The notes below the pieces were generated by a model. The model saw only the letters and a list, made by a program, of their open reading frames with translations, was not told where the DNA came from and did not search any database. Position numbers and translations under genes: made by a program. 32,000 bases of DNA from Staphylothermus hellenicus DSM 12710 (GTDB lineage: Archaea; Thermoproteota; Thermoprotei_A; Sulfolobales; Desulfurococcaceae), in assembly GCF_000092465.1 (NCBI RefSeq), contig NC_014205.1:330001-362000 (forward strand), written 5' to 3'. This document shows, piece after piece, positions 16,383 through 24,962 of the stretch; the stretch's first letter is position 1; every line of letters starts with the position of its first letter.

Positions 16383-18012
16383 AAAATGTGAAGAAGTAAC
16401 TATAAATGTTGTCGGTTATGGAAAAATATCTGCGTGTAAAGGGGATAATCTAGGAGAAATACTAGCGTCAAAAGGGATCATGCCATTACCATGTGGTGGT
16501 AGAGGATTATGTGGATTATGTAGGGTAAAAGTATATGGAGAAACTAATCCTATCACAGGAAACGAAATTGTTCATGGACTAAGTGGGAATGAAAGACTAG
16601 CTTGCCAAGTAATAGTGATGGGGGATCTGGTTGTTGAAGCTGAGAAGCCTAGAATAATTAGTGTTCCAAGATACTCGATAAATATTCCGCTTAAACAAAT
16701 AAACCCAGTAATCAATATTGTTCGTTTAGAAAAGCCACCATATATAAACAAGGACTATGTAGTAATAAATGGGTTGAAACCATCTAACTATATATTATTA
16801 GAAGACATGATCCTATCCACAACAGGTGATCCGGAGAAAATATTATTGGTTGATCTTGGAACAACCAAGATAGCGTATCAAGCGGTAACAATGAGTGGAG
16901 AAGTAATTGGTGAGAAAATACATATTAACCCGCTCAACATTTACGGCTCAGACATAATTACGAGAATAACCCATATTCTAGAAAAACCTGAAAGCCTCCG
17001 GGAAATGGGTTCTTCGCTTAGAAAAGAAGTGAACAATGTTGCTGAAGAATATAATATTGGATCAATATTTATTGCTGGGAACAGCGTTATGGAGCATCTA
17101 TATCTAGGGTTGCCAATAGAAACATTAGCGGAGAAACCATTTCAACCACTATTCCACGGCCCCTTCTTAACATATACATATGATAAGCCAACAATACTGG
17201 CTCCCCTAATAGCTGGCTATGTTGGAGGAGATGCTTATTCCGAACTAATAGCTTCTCTTAAACTAGCATTGAAGAAGCCATATATGATTATAGATTTGGG
17301 GACAAATACTGAGGTATTACTTGTAACAAATGATAAAATATATGCTACAAGCACACCTGCCGGACCCGCCTTTGAGGGGCACTTAGCTAGAGGATCAACA
17401 ATTGTCTATGGTGGAATATATAAGGTTGAAATTATTGGTTCAAGAAATAGCGAGCCTGTTTTCAACTATAAATATATTCATAAACCATACGGGTTGCTTG
17501 GAACAGGAATTATTAGCTTAGTTGCCGAGCTTCTCCGCCATAAATACATTGATGAAAGAGGCAGGTTTCTCAAAGGCTATAAACGCATCAATAATGTTAA
17601 AACATATGTTATAGATAAGGATCAACAAATATTCTTTACACAGAAGGATTTAAGGGAGTTCCAGAAAGCTTATGCAGCTGTTAAAACAGCTTGGATAATA
17701 CTGTGTAGGAGAGCTGGGATTAAATGTGAAGATTTAGAACACGTAATTATTGCTGGAAGTTTTGGCTCAAACATTGAGTCTAGAGATCTTATTGATTTAG
17801 GCCTTGTACCTGTAGTAGAGAATAGTAGGTTAGTATATGCTGGAAACATGGTTTTGTCTGGTTTGAAAATTATGATGCTTGATTCCAGCATGTTCAAGAT
17901 ATATAGGTCTATTCTGGAGAAGATTGCTCATATAAACTTGGCTGAGGACAAAGACTATATGAAGACATGGATTAAATGTTTAAACATAGTTTCACTTAGA
18001 GGTAGCAAATAG
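16375..18012 (+). CDS. Reductive activator of corrinoid enzymes (RACE/RACo-like: N-terminal [2Fe-2S] ferredoxin + ASKHA ATPase, DUF4445)
   Basis: Plant-type ferredoxin Cys pattern CGGRGLCGLCRV...ERLACQ. ASKHA phosphate motifs (LVDLGTTKIA, IIDLGTNTE). ATG 16375 overlaps the stop of the corrinoid protein gene (ATGCATAG). Confidence 0.85.
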   Translation: MHRKCEEVTINVVGYGKISACKGDNLGEILASKGIMPLPCGGRGLCGLCRVKVYGETNPITGNEIVHGLSGNERLACQVIVMGDLVVEAEKPRIISVPRYSINIPLKQINPVINIVRLEKPPYINKDYVVINGLKPSNYILLEDMILSTTGDPEKILLVDLGTTKIAYQAVTMSGEVIGEKIHINPLNIYGSDIITRITHILEKPESLREMGSSLRKEVNNVAEEYNIGSIFIAGNSVMEHLYLGLPIETLAEKPFQPLFHGPFLTYTYDKPTILAPLIAGYVGGDAYSELIASLKLALKKPYMIIDLGTNTEVLLVTNDKIYATSTPAGPAFEGHLARGSTIVYGGIYKVEIIGSRNSEPVFNYKYIHKPYGLLGTGIISLVAELLRHKYIDERGRFLKGYKRINNVKTYVIDKDQQIFFTQKDLREFQKAYAAVKTAWIILCRRAGIKCEDLEHVIIAGSFGSNIESRDLIDLGLVPVVENSRLVYAGNMVLSGLKIMMLDSSMFKIYRSILEKIAHINLAEDKDYMKTWIKCLNIVSLRGSK

Positions 18013-18927
18013 TTTCTGGACTTTTCTAAGTATTTTCTTTATTGGATGAATACTAGAGATTCTTTCTCCTTTTCTTCTAAGACTATATCCAAGCAATGAA
18101 TCAGCCATGGCTATTGCTGGGGCAATATATTTTATTCTGGACACAGGGCCATACATGATATAATCTGCTCCATGGATTCTTAAATAAACAGCAACACCTC
18201 CATGCACACCATACATTTCTCCAATACTGGTTTTAGACTTAGATACGGGTCCAAGCGCGTTAGCTGGTGCACAACCACTTGGATACCCGAATCTCTTTTT
18301 GGCTTCAAATATTGTTTCAGCACTAAACGCTATACTTGCAGGATCGATTACTATAGCGTCAACAATAACTTGTTCAACACCGCTTTTCCTGGCGAGGGAC
18401 AGTAGGGTGGTTTCGAGAAGCCTTAGCCTCTCCAAAGGACTGATCGACTTCAACGGGTTTCTAGGATCAAAAGCCATTATTACCGATGTTTTTATCCCGC
18501 TATCTCTTAATGCATTTATCTCCTCCTCGGGGCTATCTATGAAGATCCCATTAGCTATTACTCTATCATTTATTCCGAGCTCTTTAGCCGCTAGATAGCT
18601 TTTAGCTCTAATAACTGGGTCTGGGCTATCAAGGAATATGGGGATATCATATTCTGATATAAATGGCAGTATCTTATCTATACTTTCAATACTGGGGAAT
18701 ACAACGTCTAATCCAAAAACTAACGAGTAGTTTTCAGCAATACTTATAGCTTCCTCGATTTTTGCTTTAGCTTTTTCCTTATCAAAATCTCCTTTTTCAC
18801 TAAGTAAAAGCTTGTCTCCAAGATAAAATATTGATCCAATAAGCCATACAGGATTTTTACCTGGCTTACCGCCTATTATATATTTACCAATTCTATACTC
18901 TAACTGCTTAGTCCATTCATCATACAT
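17992..18927 (-). CDS. MtrH-family pterin-binding methyltransferase (methyl-H4MPT/H4folate:corrinoid methyltransferase-like)
   Basis: IGGKPGKNPVWLIGSIFY, FLDSP, MAFDP and YGPV...APAIAMAD follow the MtrH pattern. I prefer ATG 18927 (MYDEW...), which gives the same spacing to the IGG motif as methanogen MtrH and follows GGTGG. The track GTG start is 18954. The 3' end overlaps the RACE gene by 21 nt. Confidence 0.85.
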   Translation of the reverse strand: MYDEWTKQLEYRIGKYIIGGKPGKNPVWLIGSIFYLGDKLLLSEKGDFDKEKAKAKIEEAISIAENYSLVFGLDVVFPSIESIDKILPFISEYDIPIFLDSPDPVIRAKSYLAAKELGINDRVIANGIFIDSPEEEINALRDSGIKTSVIMAFDPRNPLKSISPLERLRLLETTLLSLARKSGVEQVIVDAIVIDPASIAFSAETIFEAKKRFGYPSGCAPANALGPVSKSKTSIGEMYGVHGGVAVYLRIHGADYIMYGPVSRIKYIAPAIAMADSLLGYSLRRKGERISSIHPIKKILRKVQKLFATSK

Positions 18928-18997
18928 TGTAGTTTTACCACCCACGTGTTTCACATATTTCTATAGAATATAATTACTTGAATAAAGACTTATTGGA

Positions 18998-19151
18998 GAA
19001 GATCAGCATTCGTTCCCCCAAGCATCACCCCCGATTCTCGAGGGCTTCATCAAAGACCAATTCTCATCATTTCAATATAGGGATCCGCGGAGTGGGCTCG
19101 TGCATCCCCCTCTAAGCGGGGTTTTCGAGTGCGTAACTTCTTCATCTCCCC
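18998..19151 (-). ncRNA. GC-rich composite structured RNA with C/D-like termini and internal C-box-like motifs (unknown class)
   Basis: Minus-strand read: GGGGAG-AUGAAGA...(internal AUGAUGA at 19070-19064, UGAUGA, hairpin CCCUCGA-GAA-UCGGGGG, GUGAUG)...CUGA (19006-19003)-UCUUC. The 5' GGGGA can pair with the 3' UCUUC. GC-rich island between the MATE stop and the MtrH promoter. The only ORF here (19100..19303 +) is implausible. It could be two adjacent RNAs (about 19080-19151 and about 19000-19075). Confidence 0.4.
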
Positions 19152-19185
19152 TATACAGGTATTGTGTTTATGAGATAGATATTTT

Positions 19186-20532
19186 TTACACGATCTTCCT
19201 AGCTAATTTCTCGAAATACTTGGTGAATATTATTAGAAATATTATTCCTCGAATATATACGTCTATAAACATTGCTAGCCAGGCTCCTATGACTCCTAGA
19301 TAATTAACCAGGATCATGGCGGGGATTATGCGGAATAAGTATAGGCTTCCAGCATTAATTATGAGAGGTGTCCTTGTATCTCCCGCACCTCTTATTGCTC
19401 CACCAATCACCATAGCTAATCCTAGTCCTAGCTCGCTTAAACCAGCTATGATTAAATATATCGATGCCAGCTTGTGTACTATAGGATCCGTTGCGAAGGG
19501 CATGGTTATATAGTAGGATGTAGCAGCTACGGCTACTCCTGTCAATGTAATAAATAGTACTCCAAGCTTGATTGTTTCCCAACCAATTCTCCTCCCACCA
19601 CTAATATTTTCAGCCCCTATTTCTTGACCCACCAGTGCTGATGCCGCCATTGAAAATGCAAAGCCCGGCATATATATTAAACTCTCAATACGTACCCCTA
19701 TTTGATGAGCAGCTAAAGCTTCTTCCCCGCATCTAGATATAAGAGATATATAGATATTGTTTCCGCCTGCAAAAATTAGTCTTTCAATCATAACCGGTAA
19801 ACCCAGGTTCATGATCTTGAAGACTATTTTCGGCTTATAAATCCTGTTGGGAGCTAGTTCATGTTTAGCTAGATAATAATATTCCAATGGCATCATTAAA
19901 GCAATAGATATAACAGTTGCTAGAGCAGCACCCACAACGCCTAGTCTTGGAAAACCAGCATACCCATATATAAATAGTGGATCTAGTACAATATTTAATC
20001 CTACACTATAAAGATTAACATACATCGACTGCTTTGTTGCCCCAATAGCTCTGAGACCAGCGTCCATGGACCATGCTATAAGACTAATCGGTAACCCCAG
20101 GACGCGAACACTAAAATAAGCCTTTGCAACTTCCCATACAGGCCCTGTTCCCCCGGCTTGCAACATCAAAATATATCCTCCATAATAGTATCCAAGAACC
20201 GAAATTGCAAATACTATTATTGCGCCATAAACTACTGCTTCACTTAACCCCCTCCTAGCATATACTAGTTTGCCGGCACCATAAGCTTGCGCAACATATA
20301 TTAATACACCATTATAGAAGAGCGATAACACAACGAAGAAAAGCCACGATAAATAACTACCTAAACCCACACCTGCTAAAGCAACAGTGCCAAGACCCTT
20401 AACAAAATAAGTATCAGTTAATGAGTAAATACTATTACTTAATTCACTAATGATCATTGGTAAACTTATATTAACAACCCTACTCAATAATTTACGGTCA
20501 AAAAACCTCGGCAAAGGTATCGAGATACTCAT
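19186..20532 (-). CDS. MATE-family multidrug/toxic-compound efflux transporter
   Basis: 448 aa with 12 predicted helices. N-terminal PMIISELSNSIYSLTDTYFVKGLGTVALAGVGLG is typical of the MatE repeat. Confidence 0.9.
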   Translation of the reverse strand: MSISIPLPRFFDRKLLSRVVNISLPMIISELSNSIYSLTDTYFVKGLGTVALAGVGLGSYLSWLFFVVLSLFYNGVLIYVAQAYGAGKLVYARRGLSEAVVYGAIIVFAISVLGYYYGGYILMLQAGGTGPVWEVAKAYFSVRVLGLPISLIAWSMDAGLRAIGATKQSMYVNLYSVGLNIVLDPLFIYGYAGFPRLGVVGAALATVISIALMMPLEYYYLAKHELAPNRIYKPKIVFKIMNLGLPVMIERLIFAGGNNIYISLISRCGEEALAAHQIGVRIESLIYMPGFAFSMAASALVGQEIGAENISGGRRIGWETIKLGVLFITLTGVAVAATSYYITMPFATDPIVHKLASIYLIIAGLSELGLGLAMVIGGAIRGAGDTRTPLIINAGSLYLFRIIPAMILVNYLGVIGAWLAMFIDVYIRGIIFLIIFTKYFEKLARKIV

Positions 20533-20663
20533 TTCTCACCGCTCACCATGGATCCATAATGCTTTCTACTCTACTCATCATTTACTCTGCCTAATTCATT
20601 GGATGAGTAATCAGGTAAAGCTATTTTTCTATCGGGAAAATAAAGTATTATTATAGAAGAGGA

Positions 20664-22625
20664 TTGGGGAGAGCAAAGTTGAATAAACCAGAAGACCTAG
20701 CTCACCTCAAAATAGTTTCCTCACCAATAATAACAGTTAATGGTGACAAGGTATTCTTTACACTAACGAGCATTAATATGGATAAGGATAGATATGAAAC
20801 AAATATATGGGTTTATGATCTCTCAACAAATAATTATGCACCGCTAACGAAGGGGCCGATGGATCAGAGCCCGGAGCCTGATCGGAGAGGTGAAAAAATA
20901 GCGTTTATAAGCAGGAGAGATGCTGAATCCGAAAAGGATCGTGGAAACGGTATATACATACTTGATCTAAAGTATTCTCGCGAACCTAGACTGGTTGCTT
21001 GGTTTAAAGGAGGAGTTAGAGGAGTAAAGTGGAGTCCTGACGGGAAATACTTGTTAGCAATAATTAATGAGGGTGAACCCGAAGAAGATGTTAAACACAT
21101 AGATGATATGCCTATATGGTTTAACGGTGTTGGATTCGTATACAATATGTCCTCTCATCTAATCATACTTGATCCTGATAGTGGAGAATATGAGAAAATA
21201 ACTAGTGGAAAAATCTTTGTAAGATCAGCTTCTTGGAGCAATAATGGAAGATACATCGCCTACATTTTATCCAAGGATAGAGTGAACCCTTATCTTTCAG
21301 AGCTACACATATATGATCTTGTCGAGAAAAAGGATAGAGTATTATTAGAGAACATAACAACATATTTTACTCCTACATGGTCTCCAGACGATAAATATAT
21401 TGCATTAATATTTCATCGTAGGGAGAGAGGGTTTAGCACTCATTATAAAGTATACCTGATCAATCCAGATACGGGAGAGGAGAAATGCATAACATGTGGT
21501 CTTGACAGAAACGTATTGAATACTTTAAACTCCGATGTTAGAGCACCAAGTAATACTCGTGAATTATACTGGGATAAAGACTATAACTTATACTTCTTAG
21601 TATCTGAGAAAGGCATAACGCATCTTATGGCTTATAATCCTATATCCGACCAGTTCATAGAAGTATATGGTAGAGAGGGGTTTGTAGTAGATGATTATAG
21701 TGTATCGCTTAATGGTAAAATAGCTTTACTGGGCATGACCCCTTATGAGCCAAGAGAACTATACCTCTACGAGAAAGATTCATTGAGGAAACTAACGTTC
21801 TTTAACAAATTCTATCTATCAAGAATAGAGCTGGGTAAAGTTGAAAAATTTGTATTTAAAGCTAGTGATGGAGCTGAAATTGATGCATGGATCATGTATC
21901 CAAGTAAAACTGGGGAAAAAATACCATGGATCCTATATATTCACGGCGGCCCCAAGACAAGTTATGGCTGGAGCTTCATAGAAGAACTCCATTATTTAGC
22001 CAGTAATGGATATGCAATTGTCTACGGCAACCCTCGTGGAAGCGATGGATACAGTGAGGAATTCGCTGATATACGTGGTCACTATGGTGAAAGAGATTAT
22101 CAAGACTTATTAGAAATAGTTGATGAAGCATTGAAAAGATATAGTTTCCTAGATCCGGAGAGAATAGGTGTTTCTGGAGGAAGCTATGGTGGGTTCATGA
22201 CTAACTGGATAATAACACATACTAATCGTTTCAAAGCAGCTGTCACACAAAGATCTATATCAGACTGGATAAGCATGTATGGAACAACAGATATTGGACA
22301 CTATTTCGTAGAGGATCAGATAAGATGTAATCCTTGGAGAAACCCGGAGACATGCCTGGAGAAAAGCCCGATCAAATACGTTGAAAACGTTGAAACACCA
22401 ACACTCATAATACATTCGCAGGAAGATTATCGTTGCTGGCTAGACCAGGCATTAATGCTATATAACGCATTGAAACTAAAGGGAGTAGACACAAAACTCG
22501 TTATATTCCCGGGAGAAAACCATGATCTCAGCAGAAGCGGTAGGCCTAAACACAGAATGGAAAGATTAAAAGAGATCAAGGAATGGTTCGATAAATACTT
22601 GAAAAAGAAAGATAAGCAAAGCTAA
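20664..22625 (+). CDS. S9-family serine peptidase (acylaminoacyl-peptidase / prolyl oligopeptidase-like, beta-propeller + alpha/beta hydrolase)
   Basis: N-terminal propeller repeats (WSPDGKY, WSPDDKY). Catalytic GVSGGSYGGFMT nucleophile elbow. Later D and H (GENHDL). TTG start. Confidence 0.9.
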   Translation: MGRAKLNKPEDLAHLKIVSSPIITVNGDKVFFTLTSINMDKDRYETNIWVYDLSTNNYAPLTKGPMDQSPEPDRRGEKIAFISRRDAESEKDRGNGIYILDLKYSREPRLVAWFKGGVRGVKWSPDGKYLLAIINEGEPEEDVKHIDDMPIWFNGVGFVYNMSSHLIILDPDSGEYEKITSGKIFVRSASWSNNGRYIAYILSKDRVNPYLSELHIYDLVEKKDRVLLENITTYFTPTWSPDDKYIALIFHRRERGFSTHYKVYLINPDTGEEKCITCGLDRNVLNTLNSDVRAPSNTRELYWDKDYNLYFLVSEKGITHLMAYNPISDQFIEVYGREGFVVDDYSVSLNGKIALLGMTPYEPRELYLYEKDSLRKLTFFNKFYLSRIELGKVEKFVFKASDGAEIDAWIMYPSKTGEKIPWILYIHGGPKTSYGWSFIEELHYLASNGYAIVYGNPRGSDGYSEEFADIRGHYGERDYQDLLEIVDEALKRYSFLDPERIGVSGGSYGGFMTNWIITHTNRFKAAVTQRSISDWISMYGTTDIGHYFVEDQIRCNPWRNPETCLEKSPIKYVENVETPTLIIHSQEDYRCWLDQALMLYNALKLKGVDTKLVIFPGENHDLSRSGRPKHRMERLKEIKEWFDKYLKKKDKQS

Positions 22626-22665
22626 AAATTATTAATCCCAACTAAATCAAATACATTAATGAGTA

Positions 22666-22793
22666 GCCGCCGTAGCTCAGCCCGGTAGAGCGCCGGCCTT
22701 GTAAGCCCGGAGGTGTCAAGGAACTAATTCAGGCCCGTACAATACATGGGCCGGGGGAGCCGGTGGTCGCGGGTTCAAATCCCGCCGGCGGCT
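22666..22793 (+). tRNA. tRNA-Thr (anticodon UGU) with a 54-nt intron at the canonical 37/38 position
   Basis: Acceptor GCCGCCG/CGGCGGC, U8, D arm GCTC-AGCCCGGTA-GAGC, anticodon stem CCGGC/GCCGG, loop CUUGUA^A, T arm GCGGG-TTCAAAT-CCCGC, discriminator U, no encoded CCA. The intron 22704-22757 forms a full hBHBh' motif: central helix C32-G, U33.G, U34.G, G35-C; two 3-nt bulges; a 5-bp intron helix GCCCG/UGGGC. Confidence 0.88.
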
Positions 22794-22801
22794 CTCTTTT
22801 T
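22794..22801 (+). terminator. Oligo-T terminator after the tRNA
   Basis: CTCTTTTT directly after the discriminator base. Confidence 0.4.
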
Positions 22802-22926
22802 CCGGTTCCAATACATAATCTAATTTTTTATGAATAATCCCATTGTCCTATCTGGAACAATAGAAACATAAATAAAACATGTCTCGAATTCCGAATATAT
22901 ATGGTTGTTTGTTCGAGGTATGTATT

Positions 22927-23601
22927 ATGAAGTGGGAAATAGTAACAAGGCCTTCATATTCTCTTCTACAAGTTGTTCTTGAACCAAATGAGAATGTTAC
23001 TGCGGAACCAGGTGCAATGATGTATATGGCTGGGGACATTAACGTAAAAACTCATACGGGCGGTTTGGGCAAGGCTATTGCAAGGAAATTATTAGGTGGA
23101 GAATCAATATTCATGAATACTTTCATAGCTGGTCCTAGAGGAGGAGAAGTCTGGTTTGCTCCATCACTACCTGGAGATATAAAGTATATTGCTCTAAATG
23201 GTTCAAGAAACCTTATTATCCAGGATACAAGCTATCTCGCTCACCACGGCGATATAAAGCTCAGTGTCGCATGGAGGGGTTTAAGAGGATTATTAGCTGA
23301 GGGAGAAATGTTCTGGCTTAGAGCCAGCGGTGTTGGAGGAGTATGGATAAATAGTTATGGAGGAATAATAGAGAAGGAACTAGGTGTAGGTGAAAAAATA
23401 ATTATAGATAACTTCCACTTCGTAGCAATGGATGATGGCATGAAATGGAATATTAGAAGATTCGGTGGACTAAAAAGCTTCCTCTTCGGCGGAGAAGGAC
23501 TCGTCATAGAAGTTGAAGGGCCTGGAAGAATATATGTACAAACAAGATCACTACCACCATTCATGCAATTAATAGCAAAATATATTGGCAGGAGAAAATA
23601 G
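22927..23601 (+). CDS. AIM24/DUF124 (TIGR00266) family protein
   Basis: MKWEIVTRPSYSLLQVVLEPNENVTAEPGAMMYMAGDINVKT... and C-terminal GEGLVIEVEGPGRIYVQTRS are characteristic. ATG 22927 is preferred over 22879. Confidence 0.8.
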   Translation: MKWEIVTRPSYSLLQVVLEPNENVTAEPGAMMYMAGDINVKTHTGGLGKAIARKLLGGESIFMNTFIAGPRGGEVWFAPSLPGDIKYIALNGSRNLIIQDTSYLAHHGDIKLSVAWRGLRGLLAEGEMFWLRASGVGGVWINSYGGIIEKELGVGEKIIIDNFHFVAMDDGMKWNIRRFGGLKSFLFGGEGLVIEVEGPGRIYVQTRSLPPFMQLIAKYIGRRK

Positions 23602-23851
23602 AGCTATACCACTAAACAAGTATAATCAAGTTTTTATTAATCCTATTATATCAAGAATTCTGCAAAAACCGTAGTGAAACAAACTATTCAGCCTTGTTAT
23701 TAGGGCAAGTTTGCCGAATAGATCTCCTAGTTGGACGAGGCTTAGCTTAGATCATGTCTTAGCAATACACTTATACATCCTTCCCTAGCCTCAACAACTA
23801 AAACACTATATAAGTGCTTATTTCTTGATATAACATATTAATTATATGTTT

Positions 23852-24115
23852 TTATTCTAAGAAGGCCACGATGATTGATATTATTAATACAAGTAGTAGT
23901 ATTATTGATAATGTAAATGATCTATAGTCTTTTCTTAGAAGAAGCATAATGCTTATAGAGAATAAAGTGATCATGGGTGTTACGACTATGGTTATTAATC
24001 CAATATATACTAAGAGATCTATGTGTAATAAATTATTGATGAACAAACCTACTAGCAATATTGCTAGTCCAAGAAAAACTCCGTATCTTAATATTTTTGC
24101 GGTTTTTTCAAGCAT
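23852..24115 (-). CDS. Small 3-TM membrane protein (DUF1634-like), partner of the TauE/SafE permease
   Basis: 87 aa, hydrophobic, lying 22 nt downstream of the TauE-like gene on the same strand. This pairing is commonly seen for DUF1634. Confidence 0.6.
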   Translation of the reverse strand: MLEKTAKILRYGVFLGLAILLVGLFINNLLHIDLLVYIGLITIVVTPMITLFSISIMLLLRKDYRSFTLSIILLLVLIISIIVAFLE

Positions 24116-24137
24116 GTTTTCAGTTCTCCTCCTAATA

Positions 24138-24890
24138 TTATATTAAGAGTCTTATTGAGGCATACATTAGTATGACTGAGAATATTATTTTTAGAATTCT
24201 TGGACTAATCTTTTTCAGCATATGAGCGCCTAGAGTTGCTCCTGGTATTATCCCTAGAGCTAATGCTGCAACCGCGTAGGGGTTTACGTATCCTTTTAGT
24301 AAATAAACTAGGCTTCCAGCACTAGCTGTTAATCCCACCATAAAACTGCTTGTAGCTATTGCTGTTCTTATAGGTAGGCCTAAAACAATTGTCATAAGAG
24401 GAACTTTGAGAACACCGCCGCCAATACCAAGCATCCCCGATGTTAAGCCGGCTAGAAAAGCTATCAGTACACCTAATCCTTTACGCTGTTTTGATACCAT
24501 ATGATTTTTCGCATCGATCCTTTTTCTCTTAAAAGCATCTATCAACATTGAGAGAGAAACATATAATAGTAGAAGAGAGAAAACTATCTCAACTATTCTT
24601 GTTGGTAGAGATATTGTTAGAAAAGCCCCCACTATCGCTCCAGCAGCTGTTGGGGGTTCAAGTAGAAAAGCTGTTTTTAGATCAACATCTCTTCTACGCA
24701 AATAAATACTTGATGCAGATGATGATGTAACAATTATACTTACAAGACTGGTAGCAATAGCTTCTTTTACATCATAGTTCAGTACGAGGACCATGAATGG
24801 GATCATGAGGGTTCCTCCGCCAATACCTACAATTGCAGATACAAATCCTATCCCGAGAGCTCCTAGAAACAATATTATTAAGTCTAACAA
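24138..24890 (-). CDS. TauE/SafE (DUF81, TSUP) family anion/sulfite exporter
   Basis: Two-repeat 4-TM architecture with GIGGGTLMIPFMV and GIGGGVLKVPLM motifs. TTG start. Confidence 0.85.
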   Translation of the reverse strand: MLDLIILFLGALGIGFVSAIVGIGGGTLMIPFMVLVLNYDVKEAIATSLVSIIVTSSSASSIYLRRRDVDLKTAFLLEPPTAAGAIVGAFLTISLPTRIVEIVFSLLLLYVSLSMLIDAFKRKRIDAKNHMVSKQRKGLGVLIAFLAGLTSGMLGIGGGVLKVPLMTIVLGLPIRTAIATSSFMVGLTASAGSLVYLLKGYVNPYAVAALALGIIPGATLGAHMLKKISPRILKIIFSVILMYASIRLLI

Positions 24891-24962
24891 GCTCCATCCC
24901 TATATCGCGGATAAATCGTTGCTTTTTATTTTTATTCTAGTCTATTATGGAGCTAGATATAA

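Noticed and set aside
19100-19303. 67-aa + strand ORF overlapping the GC-rich locus and the MATE gene 3' end
   Set aside because: There is no start context, it overlaps the well-supported MATE gene on the other strand, and the GC-rich part is better explained as structured RNA.
20572-20609. 8-bp inverted repeat TACTCATC...GATGAGTA with a 22-nt spacer, between the MATE and S9 peptidase genes
   Set aside because: It is short, and a single occurrence in an AT-rich spacer is plausibly chance. The ATGATGA on the - strand here has no partner D box.
23602-23851. Unusually long (250 nt) convergent intergenic spacer with the small palindrome GGCAAGTTTGCC
   Set aside because: It has no GC island, no box motifs, no ORF longer than a few codons and no extended secondary structure. 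There is not enough evidence to call a feature.
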